From assembly GCF_006345805.1 (NCBI RefSeq), contig NC_043008.1:58218001-58282000 (forward strand): a DNA stretch of 64,000 nt, given 5' to 3'. The position numbers and the translations under genes were made by a program. Of the stretch, positions 24,054 through 38,272 are shown piece by piece. This DNA is from Octopus sinensis. Taxonomy: Eukaryota. Each line of letters starts with the position of its first letter. The stretch's first letter is position 1. The notes beneath the pieces are model-generated. The model was not told the origin of the DNA. It searched no databases and saw only the letters and a list, made by a program, of their open reading frames with translations.

Positions 24054-26044
24054 GTATATGTATATATATAGATAATACATGATTTCCGGACAATGGACAT
24101 GATTATATATATGTATATATAAACGCAGAAATATATGCAAAGATATGTATATATGTGTATATGTCTGTGGGAGTATGCATATATGAAAATCCAGCAGATA
24201 CCTGTAGAGCAATTATACTCACACAACTGTGTGTGCGTTTGTGTGTGTGTGTGTGTGTGTGTGAAAGAAACTGCACATGTCAAATACTTATGAATTATAT
24301 GCAAGTTATATAAATAATGTTAATAAACAGAAGTAAAAGGAAATGAAAATCCATAAATGGTTTGAACTTAATGGCGGATATAACAATAAAGCGTTGTACT
24401 GATAATTTATAACCTCGTGAGTAATAAAGAACCTGTGAATAGCGAAGAGGAAAAATGTACACGGAAATATATCTGGCTATCTTCAGAGCCATCTATTACA
24501 AAAATATAGTTTAGAGTATTAACTTTTTATTTTCAAAAGAAATATCCCCCATGGTAGTAGAGAAAATAGAGAGTTAAAATAAGAACCAGAAGTATTGCAA
24601 CAGAAAAGCAGTATTTCAGATGTGTAATCGCTATAAAATAATGCAGAAGTACAAACGGCAACTCGGGTACGTAAATAATCTGTTTAAGTTTTTATTTATA
24701 AATAACACATTATAATCATTATAAGTACAGTCAGCTGTGGTGTGTTCTCTACAAAGTGAGAAGTGCGCCAGAACTGTGTGAAATAGAGAACAAAGTGCGA
24801 AATATGTTAGTATTACACAGAAAATTTTTCTGAGCAGAATAAAGTATAGACTATTGATTATGATTTCACAGATCATTTGAACTGACGATAATCATGGACG
24901 ATATATATATATTCACATTACAACAGATAGACGTAGTTCCTTTCTCTTTACATCCTTAAACAGAAACAACACCGACGTTTCATGGGACGAGAATTCTCGT
25001 TGTACGAATTAGATCATAGTTGGACGTTTTAGTTAATTTCCTAATTTCTTCATAATCTGATCACAAATATTGGAATGCTAATAAAGATTTAAGCAGATAT
25101 TCTACCATTGTCCTATGTATTCCTTACTTCGTTATCATCTTTAGCCGGGCCACTCTAGTAGCATTATAAGCCCCTCTGGGACATGTACAATTTATGTTGG
25201 CAACAAATCACAAACTACACAGATCAGAATTTGGCACTTAGACCCATGAGATCCGTGGGCATTTGCTCAATACGCCCATGCCTTAATGTGGCATTGATCT
25301 TTTATGGAATTCTTTCAGAAGCATGAGATGTATTCAGAAGGAGCAGCAGATTTCGACTAATGGGATGCAGAACTGCAATTATGTTGACAGCGAAGAAATG
25401 AAAAATAATTTCAAAGTAAACAAATGTAAAGAAACGAATCAAGGAATTCATTTTAAGCAGTTAAAAAAATTCTGTCACACTGAAAGTAGAAAATCTAACA
25501 ATTTCAATTAATGAAAACTAGACACTTATTGAGGAAGAAAAATCATTAGCCTAATGATTAATTCTGGTAAAGAAAGGTAGGAAAGTTTATTCTTTAATTT
25601 AAATTAGGTATTAAAAACTTTAATTGTTTCCTTCATGTCCAAGGTAAACCTTTTGTGTTGTCGCACACAACTTAATATTTCCTAATCATCGGAGAATCTT
25701 ACGCTGGCAGGGATTCGCAAAGAAACTAATTGTGGTATCTATGGCATGAAATCTCTTAATGTAAACTAATCCGTAGAATCTCTTACTGATAAAAAAAAAA
25801 AAAGACTGATAGAAATTTAATGTTCAGCTCTTTCAATTCCCCAATATAAACATTGAAAAAAAAAAAGAGACATTTTAGAGTTGCGTTAACACATTTAACA
25901 AAACTTGAAACAAGAGACAAGAAAAAAAGTAAACAAATAAACAAAGGAAACAACAAATATATCGAATTGTAGAGCTTGGCATTTATAGTTGAATGCAAAA
26001 ATAGCTCTCGAAAGGGACAACCATTTCAGTAGAATATTGGTTTT

Positions 26045-26252
26045 AAATTTTGGTGCAGAGCCAGCAATTTCAGCGGAGGGGTAAGTCAGTTACATTGATC
26101 CCGGTATTCAACTGATATTATTTTACCGACCGCTATGGGATGAAAGGCAAAGTCGACCTCGGCGGAATTTGAACTGAGAATCTGAAGGCGGACGAAATGC
26201 CGCTAAGCATTTTACGTGGAGTGCTAACGATTTTGCCATGTCGTCGCCTTCA
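26045..26252 (-). mobile_element. SINE family C monomer
   Basis: Reverse complement of head, core and monomer tail. Confidence 0.8.
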
Positions 26253-27204
26253 ATTCTAATACAATGTTAAATGAATGTTAAATGGCGTAGTTGATAAACA
26301 TTATCATTACAACCATTTTGAAATTATAACTCGACTTGGAATATTGTCAACTTGAAATAATTTCTGAATCAAGGTCCTTTACTATGTCTTTGTTCTCGAA
26401 GGTCGTAATGAAAGCATTAAATGTGAAGAATTAGCGAAACACAAGTAAAAAATTTGTCCGAGAAGAGATTGGATAAATGAGCCAATACGGAACTGATTAA
26501 ACAAAGCAACTTTTGCGAAATGTCTGACGGTCGAACATGAACAAAGACGTGATAACCAAAACTACACATTACACAAAGTATTTTTCTTGATATATATTAG
26601 GTCCCATTGAATCGTTTCCGCTTAATGTATCTAAAATGCTTTTTCTATGCATAACATATCAAACAGATCTGAAGGGACCTTTATAAAGTAGAGAAAAATT
26701 CTCGTAATAATCGATGCAACTTCAAAGCAGCTATAATCTTCATAATGTAATCGACTAACTGCAAAAAGATATTAAAGTGTCGTAAATGTTTCTAAGAACG
26801 TTATAAAAGTAATAGCATCAGACAACGACTTCACTTCATTAACTACGATTCCAAGTCTATTTTCTATACACAAAGAACTTTCGTTATAACAAATTCTCTC
26901 TAAAGGAATGCCAAACAATTCAATAAAATAGCAAGTCACAGAAAATAACAATGGTTCAAGGTTCAAGGAAACGCCTGAAACGAACTTCAAAAATTCTTTT
27001 CGACAAAAATATCTCAGAGTAACCGCTTTTTTTTTAAAAATTTGCAAGTTATTGACAAACTATTCTCATTCAAATTTTAGTGTCAAAAGAAAAAAAATTC
27101 GATTTTCAATTTGTTTTCCAAGAACTATAATCTGAAGCTGTATGTTGAAATCAATATGGTTATATTCAGGAAGAAAAATGATTAACCCTTTTTACTATAA
27201 ACTT

Positions 27205-27335
27205 CACCGCTACTTACTCTATCAACACCGGAAGGATAAATGAAAACGTCGACCACCGTGGCATTTGAACCTGTAAAATGTGCCATAAAGCATTTTGTCT
27301 AGCGTACTCACGATTCGGTTAGCACGCCGCCTTTG
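27205..27335 (-). mobile_element. Degenerate SINE family C
   Basis: GTCGACCACCGTGGCATTTGAAC...AGCATTTTGTCTAGCGTACTCACGATTC. Confidence 0.6.
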
Positions 27336-28382
27336 TAACGTGTATAAGTAACGGATCCCAATAATATATTAACCACCTTTGTCTCTTTTTACTTCCCTTT
27401 CTTTTTCAAAACAGTCCCCTCGCAGATATTTTTGGCTACTCCAGTCCTTAGGTTTCTCAACGGGTATACATTTTCCTTTTTAAATGCATGGTTTCTAGTT
27501 TATAATTGTTCCCGAATATTACAATATAGGAAATTCATTCACCCCACAAATAAAATTATAATATTGTAGAATTAAAATGAAATATATTATAGAGATTGAA
27601 GCACTAAAGCTCATGAAATACACTGAAATGTAGTTAACTTTAAAAACACTCAAGTTGATAAATATAGATCAAAGTCCAGTTTAATAATTTGATTTCATGT
27701 TCTAAAAATATTATAGTAAAAAATCCATAAAATTTCCGAAGTCAATCGAAGACGTCATACAGAATCATATTGGCCGCATTGATTATTTTCAACAAATTAT
27801 GGCACGTGACAAAGGCTCGGTAAGTGAAAGTACTCCGTGAATCATTTGTCAGGATTGATGAAAATGTGTAGGTGTGTGAATGAGTAATACTGTTGAGTTA
27901 GTTTTTCCTTAGCTAGAGAAAAAAGAAGGAAACATCCTGTAAAATAAAACGTTTTGTAACAATTAAAAGAATCCACATTAAATATCCACCCAGCCATCTT
28001 CTCTTCCCACTACTCCTGGGGTTGTTGTGAGTGTAGAGCCCCAGTTACCTTCTCCTTAAAAAGCAACCATCATTTGATTTCTCGACTCGACTCCCAAGCA
28101 CGACCAATTGAAACTATGGTTACTATCCAAACATCTCGTTCTTAGTCTAATCCTTCGTCTCCTGCCGATTGGCTCGGCTTGAAGAACCCATTTTTGCGAC
28201 ATTCTAATTCGTAGCACCAGAGCTGTGACTTCTCAGTTCAGAGAAGAAGCGACTTGATATGGAGAGACTCTAAACTGCGAACTACTCTCTTTTGAGTAAC
28301 ATTATTCCAGAGATCCTTCGGATGAAATACGGTTTCTTCACCAAGTGGCATTTATCTAATGCCCAAACGAGTTTGATATTAT

Positions 28383-28820
28383 GAGGCGTGCTGACAGAAT
28401 CGCTAACATGCCAGACAAAATTCTTAACAGCTTTTCGTCCGTCTTAAAGACTGAGTTCAAATTCCGACGTGGTCGACTTCGCATTTTATCCTTTCATAGT
28501 CGATAAAATAAGTACAAGCCAAGTACCAGGATCGATGTAATCGGCTTACCCCTCCCCCAGAATTTGCTGGCCTTATGTCAAAAAATTGAAACCAATATTA
28601 TAAAGGGGTGATCTGGTAGAATCGTTAGCGCGCCGGGCCAAATGCTTAACGGCATTTTGTCCGTCTTCACGTTCTGAGTTTAAATTCTAAGGTTGACTTT
28701 GTCTTTTTTCCTTTCGAGGTCGATAAAATAAGTACCAGTTGAACACTGGGACCGATGTAACCGACTTACCCACTCCCCCACCCCAAATTGCAGGCCTTGT
28801 GGCAAAATTAGAAATCAGTA
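28383..28820 (+). mobile_element. Two adjacent full-length SINE family C monomers
   Basis: Heads at ~28383 and ~28605, each with its own monomer tail. Confidence 0.85.
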
Positions 28821-29029
28821 TTACTTGTGGTAATGCAGTGGAAAAGAAGGTACTTCAGCAGATAGTAGTGTCTAGCTGAGGAGTAATCCTGCGATAACGA
28901 AGAAATCTTACTAGACATGACCATTTCAAAGACTGAGTTGAAACAAATTCGTTTAGCAAGAATATCAACATAGAAAAGGAACCACGAAACACAACAAAGA
29001 TACACTAGGAATATATATATCATGTTGTA

Positions 29030-29232
29030 CCATTAATCCCTACTCATGTTTTTTTCTATCTCCGTTTTTTTTCGTTCTTTCTTATTTTTCCCCTCTGAAT
29101 CTTTTTCGTCGAAGAGCGTTGGCTCGAAACGTCAAACACTTTTCTATTCTTCCTGAGCGTCAAACTAATACACCTGCATGTTGTTCCGTCACCTGTTTTC
29201 GTCTTTTGTTTTCTGTAAATTTGAACTATACA
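29030..29232 (+). mobile_element. Family D element, degenerate HHR-like motif
   Basis: GAAGAGCGTTGGCTCGAAACGTCAAA at 29111-29136; core eroded to TCGTCGA. Confidence 0.7.
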
Positions 29233-29845
29233 TGCATATGTATTTTCATATGTATACATTTATTAGATATATGCACATATATTATATACATATATATATT
29301 ATATAATTGTGTATTATGTATATTTATATATAGGCATACTTGCACTATCTTTTGCTTAATATAAAGAAGAAACAGCATACACCAGCAAAACTTCATTCTG
29401 TAGATGGGACGAGAAAGGACTAAAAATATTGATGTTTGATTTACGAACTTTATTGTTTCAAAACAATCTCTAAGGAACTTCTACGAAGTACGAAAATAAT
29501 ATCTTGGTGAAAACGATGAGAATATAGTAGAGTAGTATTATAATGCATGTCTAAAAAAGAAGCCGTTCTTCCCATCCAACCTATATATATATATATATAT
29601 ATAATATATATATATATATGTAATACGCACTTATAAATGCCTACAGCCATTTTCATAAGATGTCAAAGCATACATACATATATAAACCGTATACAAATAT
29701 TAAAAGAACTGCAAACGCCACAATTCTTCAGTGTGAGATTTTTATGTATTATATTTTGGCACGACGCATTTATTTTTATCTTATTTATGTCTTCTCTTAA
29801 ATCGTGATAAATTCAGTTAGTTTCTTTGCCATCCTTGGCCATGGG

Positions 29846-29881
<36 letters not shown>

Positions 29882-30132
29882 GAAAAAAAGAAAAATAATT
29901 TTACTATTATTTTTTTTTTTTTATTATTGGGAAAAAATTTCATTTTTCAAGTAAGCGCTTTTAAGATGATGATTCCATTCGTGTTATGTAATTATTTTGA
30001 TAGAATTTCTTTTTATTTTAAACTCTTATCTACCTACCTTGTATTTCTTTTTTGATTTTTCTGCAATATTTTTAAGCCAGTCATAAGATGTTATTATAGA
30101 TTTATTTTTATAATCCATTTGTATATGTGTGC

Positions 30133-30134
<2 letters not shown>

Positions 30135-30202
<68 letters not shown>

Positions 30203-30203
30203 A

Positions 30204-30286
<83 letters not shown>

Positions 30287-30375
30287 AACTATCTATCTAC
30301 CTGTCTGTCTATCTATCTATAACTATCTATCTATCTACCTGTCTGTCTATCTATAACTATCTATCTACCTGTCTG

Positions 30376-30458
<83 letters not shown>

Positions 30459-30496
30459 GTCTATCTACCTACCTATCTATCTATCTGTCTATCTAC

Positions 30497-30545
<49 letters not shown>

Positions 30546-30590
30546 CATAGATCTATTTACCTACCTATCTGTCTATCTATATTTTATCTT
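30135..30590. repeat. (TCTA)n/(TCTG)n microsatellite
   Basis: Direct reading. Confidence 0.95.
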
Positions 30591-31062
30591 CCTATCTAAA
30601 AGTGTATACACCTCACCACATACACATATACGCGTACACACACATACCCACACGTACACACACATATGCATAATGCATATGTGGACCTGTGTGTTTGTGT
30701 GTGTCATCGTGGTGGCTGTAACCTTTCAAATCTTCATTATTGTGCAGAATGTTTCGTTTTGACAATTTACCAATCGAACACCCAACCCACATTCCATTAT
30801 CAACGTAACAGCGTTTTTCACCAGATTAAAATATCAGAGTTGATCTGCGGGCAATAGCACGATGAAGTTGTTTCGTCTTTGCATGTGTCAAGACGAAAAT
30901 ATATACTGTAACCTAGCGTATTCTATTTTATGGTGTTGCCTCAGAAACGTACTCTAGAGAATGCATAACGAAAGTGTACTGGCTGAAGAAGTCTGGATGA
31001 TTGTATAAATACAGATAGTAGCCTATTATGTCTTTTACGCAGCGTGTCTTTGTATGCTTATG

Positions 31063-31094
<32 letters not shown>

Positions 31095-31217
31095 GATCTT
31101 TATCTGTCTATAAGAATATAGTACTTTTTATCTTCTGTATTATTTGAGATCGTGGGCTAACATTTCGATGTGACATTTAAATGTGAAATTTGATAGCACC
31201 AGCATTCCAGATATATA

Positions 31218-31490
<273 letters not shown>

Positions 31491-31714
31491 AATTATGGGT
31501 ACCCTAACATTGCTTTCCTTCGATGCTACACATTGCGACAGAGTATATCTATAGATATTTAGTCACATCTGCATGTTTAAACAGTTGCTGGAGAAGAGCC
31601 AACACAGAATTGAAAGTAGTCTGGTCAATCCTTATTGTTCTATACTCGAAAAAGCAAACACACGCACACACACATACACACATATAAATATATACCTATA
31701 TGTTTATATATATA

Positions 31715-31756
<42 letters not shown>

Positions 31757-31794
31757 TATATGTTAGAGAACAAAGTGTACGTGCGCCGCTATAT

Positions 31795-32090
31795 ATATAA
31801 AGTACAAAATGGGACAAGAACGCAAAACATCCGGACTAGGTGATACAAAAAGGAATAACAAAACATCCAGATAGACAATACAAAGAAAACAAAGACAGGT
31901 CATTCGAAGTTTCCTTTCTTCAGTCAAGCACCAGATTATCCTCGCAATTTCGGCTGATTATTCTTGAGATTACTCCAATCTGGCCAGCCCCAAGGAAAAA
32001 CTAAGCTAAGAGCATCAGATTCCTTGGAAGAAACAGCGAATGTATAAAAAAACAAGGACGGAAAAAAACGGACAATATATATATATATTA
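31795..32090 (-). repeat. Family E dispersed repeat
   Basis: Reverse-complement match to ~1330-1620. Confidence 0.8.
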
Positions 32091-32178
32091 TATTATTTTA
32101 TATTATATTATATTATGTTATATTATATATATATATATACATGCATACATATAATACATACATACACTTGTATGTATG

Positions 32179-32209
<31 letters not shown>

Positions 32210-32531
32210 GTGTGTGTGTGTCTGTGTTTACTCGTGTATAGGTTGCACACCTAATTCTGTGTTTATTTTGGCACACGATATTTTATCCTTCACGTTCAGA
32301 TTCGATGTCATTACTTGCATGTGTCAACAAAGCAAACAGTCATGTTATATTAAATCATTGACATGAAATTTAAAAAACTAAAATGCAGACAATAAATATC
32401 AAGGAAAACGATACCAGTAACATAGGCAACAAGGAAATGAAATTCTGTTTCGCAAGTTTCGGCTAGAAAACAAGAAAGTATACAACGGAACATAATCCTA
32501 AACACCAACTAATATTTAATAACATTAAATA

Positions 32532-33400
32532 TGGCGAGCTGGCAGAAACGTTACCACGCCGGGCGAAATTCTTAGCGGTGATTCTTCTGTCTTTACGTTC
32601 TGAGTTCAAATTCCGCCGAGGTCGACTTTGCCTTTCATCCTTTCGGGGTCGATAAATTAAGTACCAGTTACCCACTGGGGTCGATATAATCGACTTAATC
32701 CGTTTGTCTGTCCTTGTTTCTTCCCTCTGTGTTTAGCCCCTTGTGGGCAATAAAGAAATAAGAAACGTTAGCACGCCGGGCGAAATGCGTAGCCGTATTT
32801 CGTCTGCCGCTACGTTCTGAGTTCAAATTCCGCCGAGGTCGACTTTGCCTTTCATCCTTTCGGGGTCGATAAATTAAGTACCACATACGCACTGGGGTCG
32901 ATATAATCGACTTAATCCGTTTGTCTGTCCTTGTTTGTCCCCTCTGTGTTTAGCCCCATGTGGGCAATAAAGAAATAAGAAACGTTAGCACGCCGGACGA
33001 AATGCGTAGCCGTATTTCGTCTGCCGCTACGTTCTGAGTTCAAATTCCGCCGAGGTCGACTTTGCCTTTCATCCTTTCGGGGTCGATAAATTAAGTACCA
33101 GTTACGCACTGGGGTCGATGTAATCGACTTAATCCGTTTGTCTGTCCTTGTTTGTCCCCTCTATGTTTAGCCCCTTGTGGGCAATAAAGAAATAAGAAAT
33201 TGTTAGAATGGATAAAATGCTTAGCGGCATTTTGTCCGTCTTTAAGTTCTGAATTCAAATTCCGCCTAGGTGGGTCGACTTTGCCTTTTATCCTTTCGGT
33301 GTCGATAAAATAAATACCAGTTGGACACTGGGGTCGATGTAATCGACTTACTCGCTTCACCGTACATGCTGGCCTTATGTCAACACCTGAAAATAATATT
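32532..33400 (+). mobile_element. SINE family C tetramer (217-bp period)
   Basis: Junction AAAGAAATAAGAAACGTTAGCACG; units 217 bp apart (the ORF track repeats at 32695 and 32912). Last unit is diverged and has the monomer tail. Confidence 0.92.
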
Positions 33401-34617
33401 ATCGAGTAAAGAGGTTTCGTAGTTAGTATTTACCGGAGGACGTCGATAAACTGCAGTAGCTTATTAATTACATTCTCGAGCAAAAGTCACCTTATTGAAT
33501 AATTCAGTAGATTGAGTCCGTGGGTTTCTTTGTTTGTCATCTTTAGTACTGGCTTTCTGAATCTATAGATTTATGGCATAATTGAGAATGTTTTCATTCA
33601 GCACATCTAAAATTGAAAATCGTTCTTTGACAGCGAAGCCCTTGCATATTTCCCCGCTTCGACTATAGAATTCGATAATGCTACTAAAGAAACAACCCAA
33701 ACTAAATAAATAAAGATTAATAGATTCTTCTGTCTTTGAATAGAATGAAATGCTTTATACAAGACTATTTACGATGTCTGCAATAATGTTGATTGAGGAG
33801 TAAAGCTATTAGTTACAAATTTCTCTAGAATTGTCACTACCGAAACCCATTATCGGTCAAAACAAACACTCTTATTTCTTTCTTTTGCTGAAGCAATAGA
33901 AAAAAAAATCGACTGACTGACAAAATGTTGTTTGATGTGGGAATGACATTTAATTTCCATTCGGCAGAGATGAGAAAAGAAAAAAAAAGAAATCCCAAAA
34001 TCGCAAAAATACAGAAAAAGCAAAACAAACACAGACACACTCACTCAAAAGATTCGTGATAATATAAGTTGTAGTCTTAACTATATTTCAATAAAATTAT
34101 ATAATATTCAAAGGATTTGAAATGCGTAATTACATAACATAATTAATAATTACGTAATTAGCTATCGCATTTTAAATAATAATTCGCTCCTCCAAGAAAA
34201 GGAAAATCTACAAATTAGACGCTTGATATTGAAAATCGAAGCAAATATTATTCTATAATGGTGTTCAATAAAACAAAAAAAAAAAAAAGAAGATTAAAAC
34301 GACAAAAACATTCTCTAAAAATATCTACATTTCTTAATTGCTTGTGGATATAAGTATGGTTATAAATTGTTAAGAATTTTGCATCGCAATACTGAAGTCC
34401 AAAGTTCCATCCTACCGCCTGGCATTTTGTATAAGTTCTATCTGGCATAGTTCTGGACAGATCCAAGTTTTGTAAAGGAAATTTAATAAACGGAAATAGC
34501 ATGGAAACGTCGGTTGCTTGCACAAGTAATTTAAAGATAAAACCCTTTTGTAACACAGCCACATCCCGACTGTATGTGTAATACTCCGCCACTAACATTA
34601 TAATCTTTTCTATTCTA

Positions 34618-35015
34618 GGCACAAAAGCTAGAATTTTTGGGCGATTAGATCGAAATCAGTACGCAACTGGTACTTAATTTATCGTCACCGAAAGGATGAA
34701 AGGCTAAGTCGACCTCGGTAGAATTTGAACTCAGAACGTAAAGAAATACCACTAAGCGTTTCGCCCAACATGCTAATGTTTTTTATTTCTTTATTGCCCG
34801 CAAGGGGCTAAACATAGAGGGAACAAACAAGGACAGACAAACGGATTAAGTCGATTACATCGACCCCAGTGCATAACTGGTACTTCATTTATAGACCACG
34901 AAAGGACGAAAGTAAGGACGACCTCGGCGGAACGTGAACTCAGAACGTAACGGCAGACGAAATACTGGTAAGCATTTCGCCCAACATGCTAATGTTTTTG
35001 CCAGTTCGCCGCCTT
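34618..35015 (-). mobile_element. SINE family C dimer ending in monomer tail
   Basis: Junction at ~34765-34795 of the 217-bp type. Confidence 0.85.
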
Positions 35016-35262
35016 GCAACTAACATTATAATATAATGTTCCATCATAAAAAAACATTGTCAAAACCGACGCTAAGTTCACTTCAACCACGTAACCACAT
35101 ACGTGTTTATCCTGGACTTTTTCCTTCTCCAAACCTTTTGTTTCTCCTCTCTCTGACAAAACGTAAAAAATGCACTCTTTTCCCCACATTTACCGTGTGT
35201 CACGCTAACACATTCCATATGTATGCTCTTGTTGTTTTGTTATTTCTAATGTTCGATTTGAC

Positions 35263-35419
35263 TATACATACATACATACATACATACATACATGCATACA
35301 TACATACATACATACATACATACTACATACATACATACATACATGCATACATACATACATACATACATACATACATGCATACATACATACATACATACAT
35401 ACATACATACATACATGCA

Positions 35420-35451
<32 letters not shown>

Positions 35452-35462
35452 CATACATACAC

Positions 35463-35493
<31 letters not shown>

Positions 35494-35559
35494 CATACAT
35501 ACATACATACATACATATACATACATACATACATACATATATACATACATACATACATA

Positions 35560-35591
<32 letters not shown>

Positions 35592-35605
35592 CATACATAC
35601 ATACA

Positions 35606-35637
<32 letters not shown>

Positions 35638-35695
35638 CATACATACACACATACATACATACATACATACATACATACATACATACATACATACA

Positions 35696-35727
<32 letters not shown>

Positions 35728-35770
35728 CATACATACATATATATATATACATACATACATATATATATAT
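35263..35770. repeat. ~500-bp (CATA)n microsatellite
   Basis: Direct reading. Confidence 0.97.
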
Positions 35771-35978
35771 ATGAGAGGTATTGGTATCCAGAAGACCCAA
35801 AATGGCAGGTAAGGCTATGTAAGTGCTACAAGAGGGTCGTAGTTAGACTCTCGGTTCAACAATAATACGAGTGAGGTGTTTAATGTGGGTCTTGTGTGAG
35901 CGTATATATGTTAAATAAAATGAGACTACAAAACTAAAGTTGAGTGGAATTTATAGGACATTCTTGAAGAGAAAGGTA

Positions 35979-36026
35979 GCCTTACAGCTGTTTCTGGGAT
36001 ATTAGGGATATCCCTTCATCAGAGAG
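35979..36026 (-). ncRNA. Minimal type-I hammerhead-like motif
   Basis: Minus: CTCT-CTGATGA-a-GGGATAT(CCCTA)ATATCCC-a-GAA-ACAGCTGT-A-AGGC; intact core, 7-bp stem II, 3-bp stem I. Confidence 0.7.
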
Positions 36027-36029
36027 AAA

Positions 36030-36267
36030 AGGCGGCGAGCTGGCAGAAACGTTAGCACGCCGGTAGAAATGCTTAGCGGTATTTAGCCCGTCGTTACGTT
36101 CTGAGTTCCATTTCCGCCGAGGTCGACTTTGCCTTTCATCCTTTCGGGGTCGATAAATTAAGTACCAGTTATGCACTGGGGTCGATGTAATTGACTTAAT
36201 ACCTATGTCTGTCCTTGTTTGTCCCCTCTATGTTTAGCCCCTTGTGAGCAATAAAGAAATAAGAAAC
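36030..36267 (+). mobile_element. Young SINE family C solo unit (array-type tail)
   Basis: Full head, ends GCAATAAAGAAATAAGAAAC. Confidence 0.9.
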
Positions 36268-36711
36268 AATATGAGAGAGTTAACTTGAGGGAAATAGCAG
36301 AGGTCAATATAAGGAGTGATTTTGAAAAGGATGGACAGGTAAATAAGAGAATAAAAGAATAAAAGTAAAAATATAAATATAAAAATATATGTATGATGTT
36401 ACAGTTGCAGTTCCATTATCCAAGGAAAGTGGTGAGTAGAATGGGTAGAAATGCTTCTTGTCCATGGTATGTAGATTCCGATAGGAGTTCATATTTCGTT
36501 ATTACAAGTAGATAGTGTGGAGACATAAGTTCCATATGCTGCTCATTCAAAGGGGTTTTGTGGTGTGAATGAAATTTTGAGAATGTACTTTTTATATTTT
36601 TACTTTTATTTTTATTCTCTTATTTCCTTTTATACTTCCTATATCCACCGTTTTCCAAAATAATTCCTTATATTGAACTCTACTATTTCCCTCTAGTTAA
36701 CTCTTCCATAG

Positions 36712-36762
36712 GGTCTCTGATGAAGGAATTATCCCTAATACCCCAGAAACAGCTGTAAGACT
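36712..36762 (+). ncRNA. Minimal type-I hammerhead-like motif
   Basis: GGTCT-CTGATGA-AGGAATTATCCCTAATACCCCA-GAA-ACAGCTGT-A-AGACT; intact core, 5-bp stem I including one G-U, eroded stem II. Confidence 0.65.
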
Positions 36763-36827
36763 ACTTTTTCTTTATAAATGTCCCATAAATTCCACACAAC
36801 CTTGGTTTTGTTGTCTCATTTTATTTA

Positions 36828-36860
<33 letters not shown>

Positions 36861-36861
36861 C

Positions 36862-37036
36862 GTTATGATAGATCGGTAGCCACTACACACATTTTTTCTC
36901 TCCTTGTTTCTTTCTGTGTACCTTTCTGTAGGCTCAAAACGTAAAAGACTTTTTCAATTCCTGAGTGTTATACTAACACATCTGTTTGTTTTCTACACCA
37001 CCTGTCTTCGTATTTTGTTTTTTTTTTGTGAATTCT

Positions 37037-37045
<9 letters not shown>
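36862..37045 (+). mobile_element. Family D element with deleted HHR core
   Basis: CCTTTCTGTAGGCTCAAAACGTAAAAGAC; downstream part matches 6500-6590. Confidence 0.7.
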
Positions 37046-37085
<40 letters not shown>

Positions 37086-37756
37086 ATATGATCTTTCGTA
37101 TTGAATCTTCTTACCAGCAACTGACAGGTCTAATTATCCCTTCTCTTATCACACTGTCACTCTGATTTCCTTATCGAATTCATCCTTATATATTCTCTTC
37201 CTTCACGCCTTTCTTCATCACTGTCTTCTATTTACACTGTCAGTTACGTTTGGCTTGAAAGAAAGGAGAAAACTTTGAGAGGGTTCTTGCAGGCTACAAA
37301 GCATCCTCCAGTGTGTTAGTGTCACGATAAAATTCACTCTGTAAAGTGATTCTTCGATGAAATGAAACAACGTAAGAAATATTTAGCCTAATTTAAATTA
37401 TTTCTCTAGAAAACGATGAAATAACTCAGATAAAATACTGAACTGGTTATAATTGAGTAAAATTTTCAAAGGAAGTGCCGAGCATGGTCGCAGTTCAGTA
37501 ATTGAATCTGCTAAAAGAAAAATAAACGAATGCGCCATGTCTTGGTACATGTGCTATTAGGCTTAACATAATTTAAACGCCAAATCAAATGCTTTTCAGT
37601 GTTAATCTCGGTTTCTCACATTTTCTGATCTAATCTAACCGGTGTCAAATATATTTTGCAGTCGGTAATATTGCAATATTCAGGAAGGTTCAGTCGCCGA
37701 CACCTTTCAATCGCAACTAAACCTTGTGTCTACGTTACAGAATTCCTAAGATTATC

Positions 37757-38174
37757 TTATTTTTAACTACCCACAAGGGGCTAAACACAGAGGGGACAAA
37801 CAAGGACAGACAAAGGGATTAAGTCGATTACATCGACTCCAGTGCATAACTGGTACTTAATTTATCGACCCCGAAAGGATGAAAGGCAAAGTCGACCTCG
37901 GCGGAATTTGAACTCAGAACGCAGCGGCAGACGAAATACCTATTTCTTTACTACCCACAAGGGGCTAAACACAGAGAGGACAAACAAGGACAGACAAACG
38001 GATGAAGTCGATTATATCGACCCCAGTGCGTAAGTGGTACTTAATTTATCGACCCCGAAAGGACGAAAGGCAAAGTCGACCTCAGCGGAATTTGAACCTA
38101 GAACGTAACGGTAGACAAAATACCGCTAAGCATTTCGCCCGGCGTGCTAACGTTTCTGCCAGCTCGCCGCCTAT
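37757..38174 (-). mobile_element. SINE family C dimer flanked by one TSD pair
   Basis: CCTAAGATTATC at 37745-37756 and 38175-38186. Confidence 0.92.
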
Positions 38175-38272
38175 CCTAAGATTATCATTAGCATTTTAAT
38201 ATTGTCAATGTTATGATAGCTTGTTTATCTTATGCGCAAGATTCGTATGATTGGTAAATCTTTGTCATGCCG

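Larger units (their letters stand above)
35900..36830. mobile_element. Divergent (head-to-head) pair of PLE pLTR-like units, each with an HHR
   Basis: 36270-36390 is inverted relative to 36590-36710, and 35900-36026 relative to 36712-36830. The left arm is split by a family C SINE. Confidence 0.75.

Noticed and set aside
30285-30375. Higher-order ~30-bp periodicity inside the (TCTA)n tract
   Set aside because: Expected outcome of slippage copying variant units.
32463-33109. Recurrent ORF M..WYLIYRPRKDERQSRPRRNLNSER as a peptide gene family
   Set aside because: It is the antisense frame of the family C SINE; starts, stops and frames vary freely between copies.
32532-33400. CRISPR-like reading of the family C arrays
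   Set aside because: Units are contiguous 183- or 217-bp SINE copies with no unique spacers, no cas genes, and a eukaryotic context.
33460-33625. Minus-strand exon-like segment with AG and GT ends
   Set aside because: All three frames contain a stop.
35036-35812. Long ORFs (258, 184, 164 aa) and similar YI/HT/LSIY/CV ORFs across the window
   Set aside because: Translations of stop-free microsatellites.
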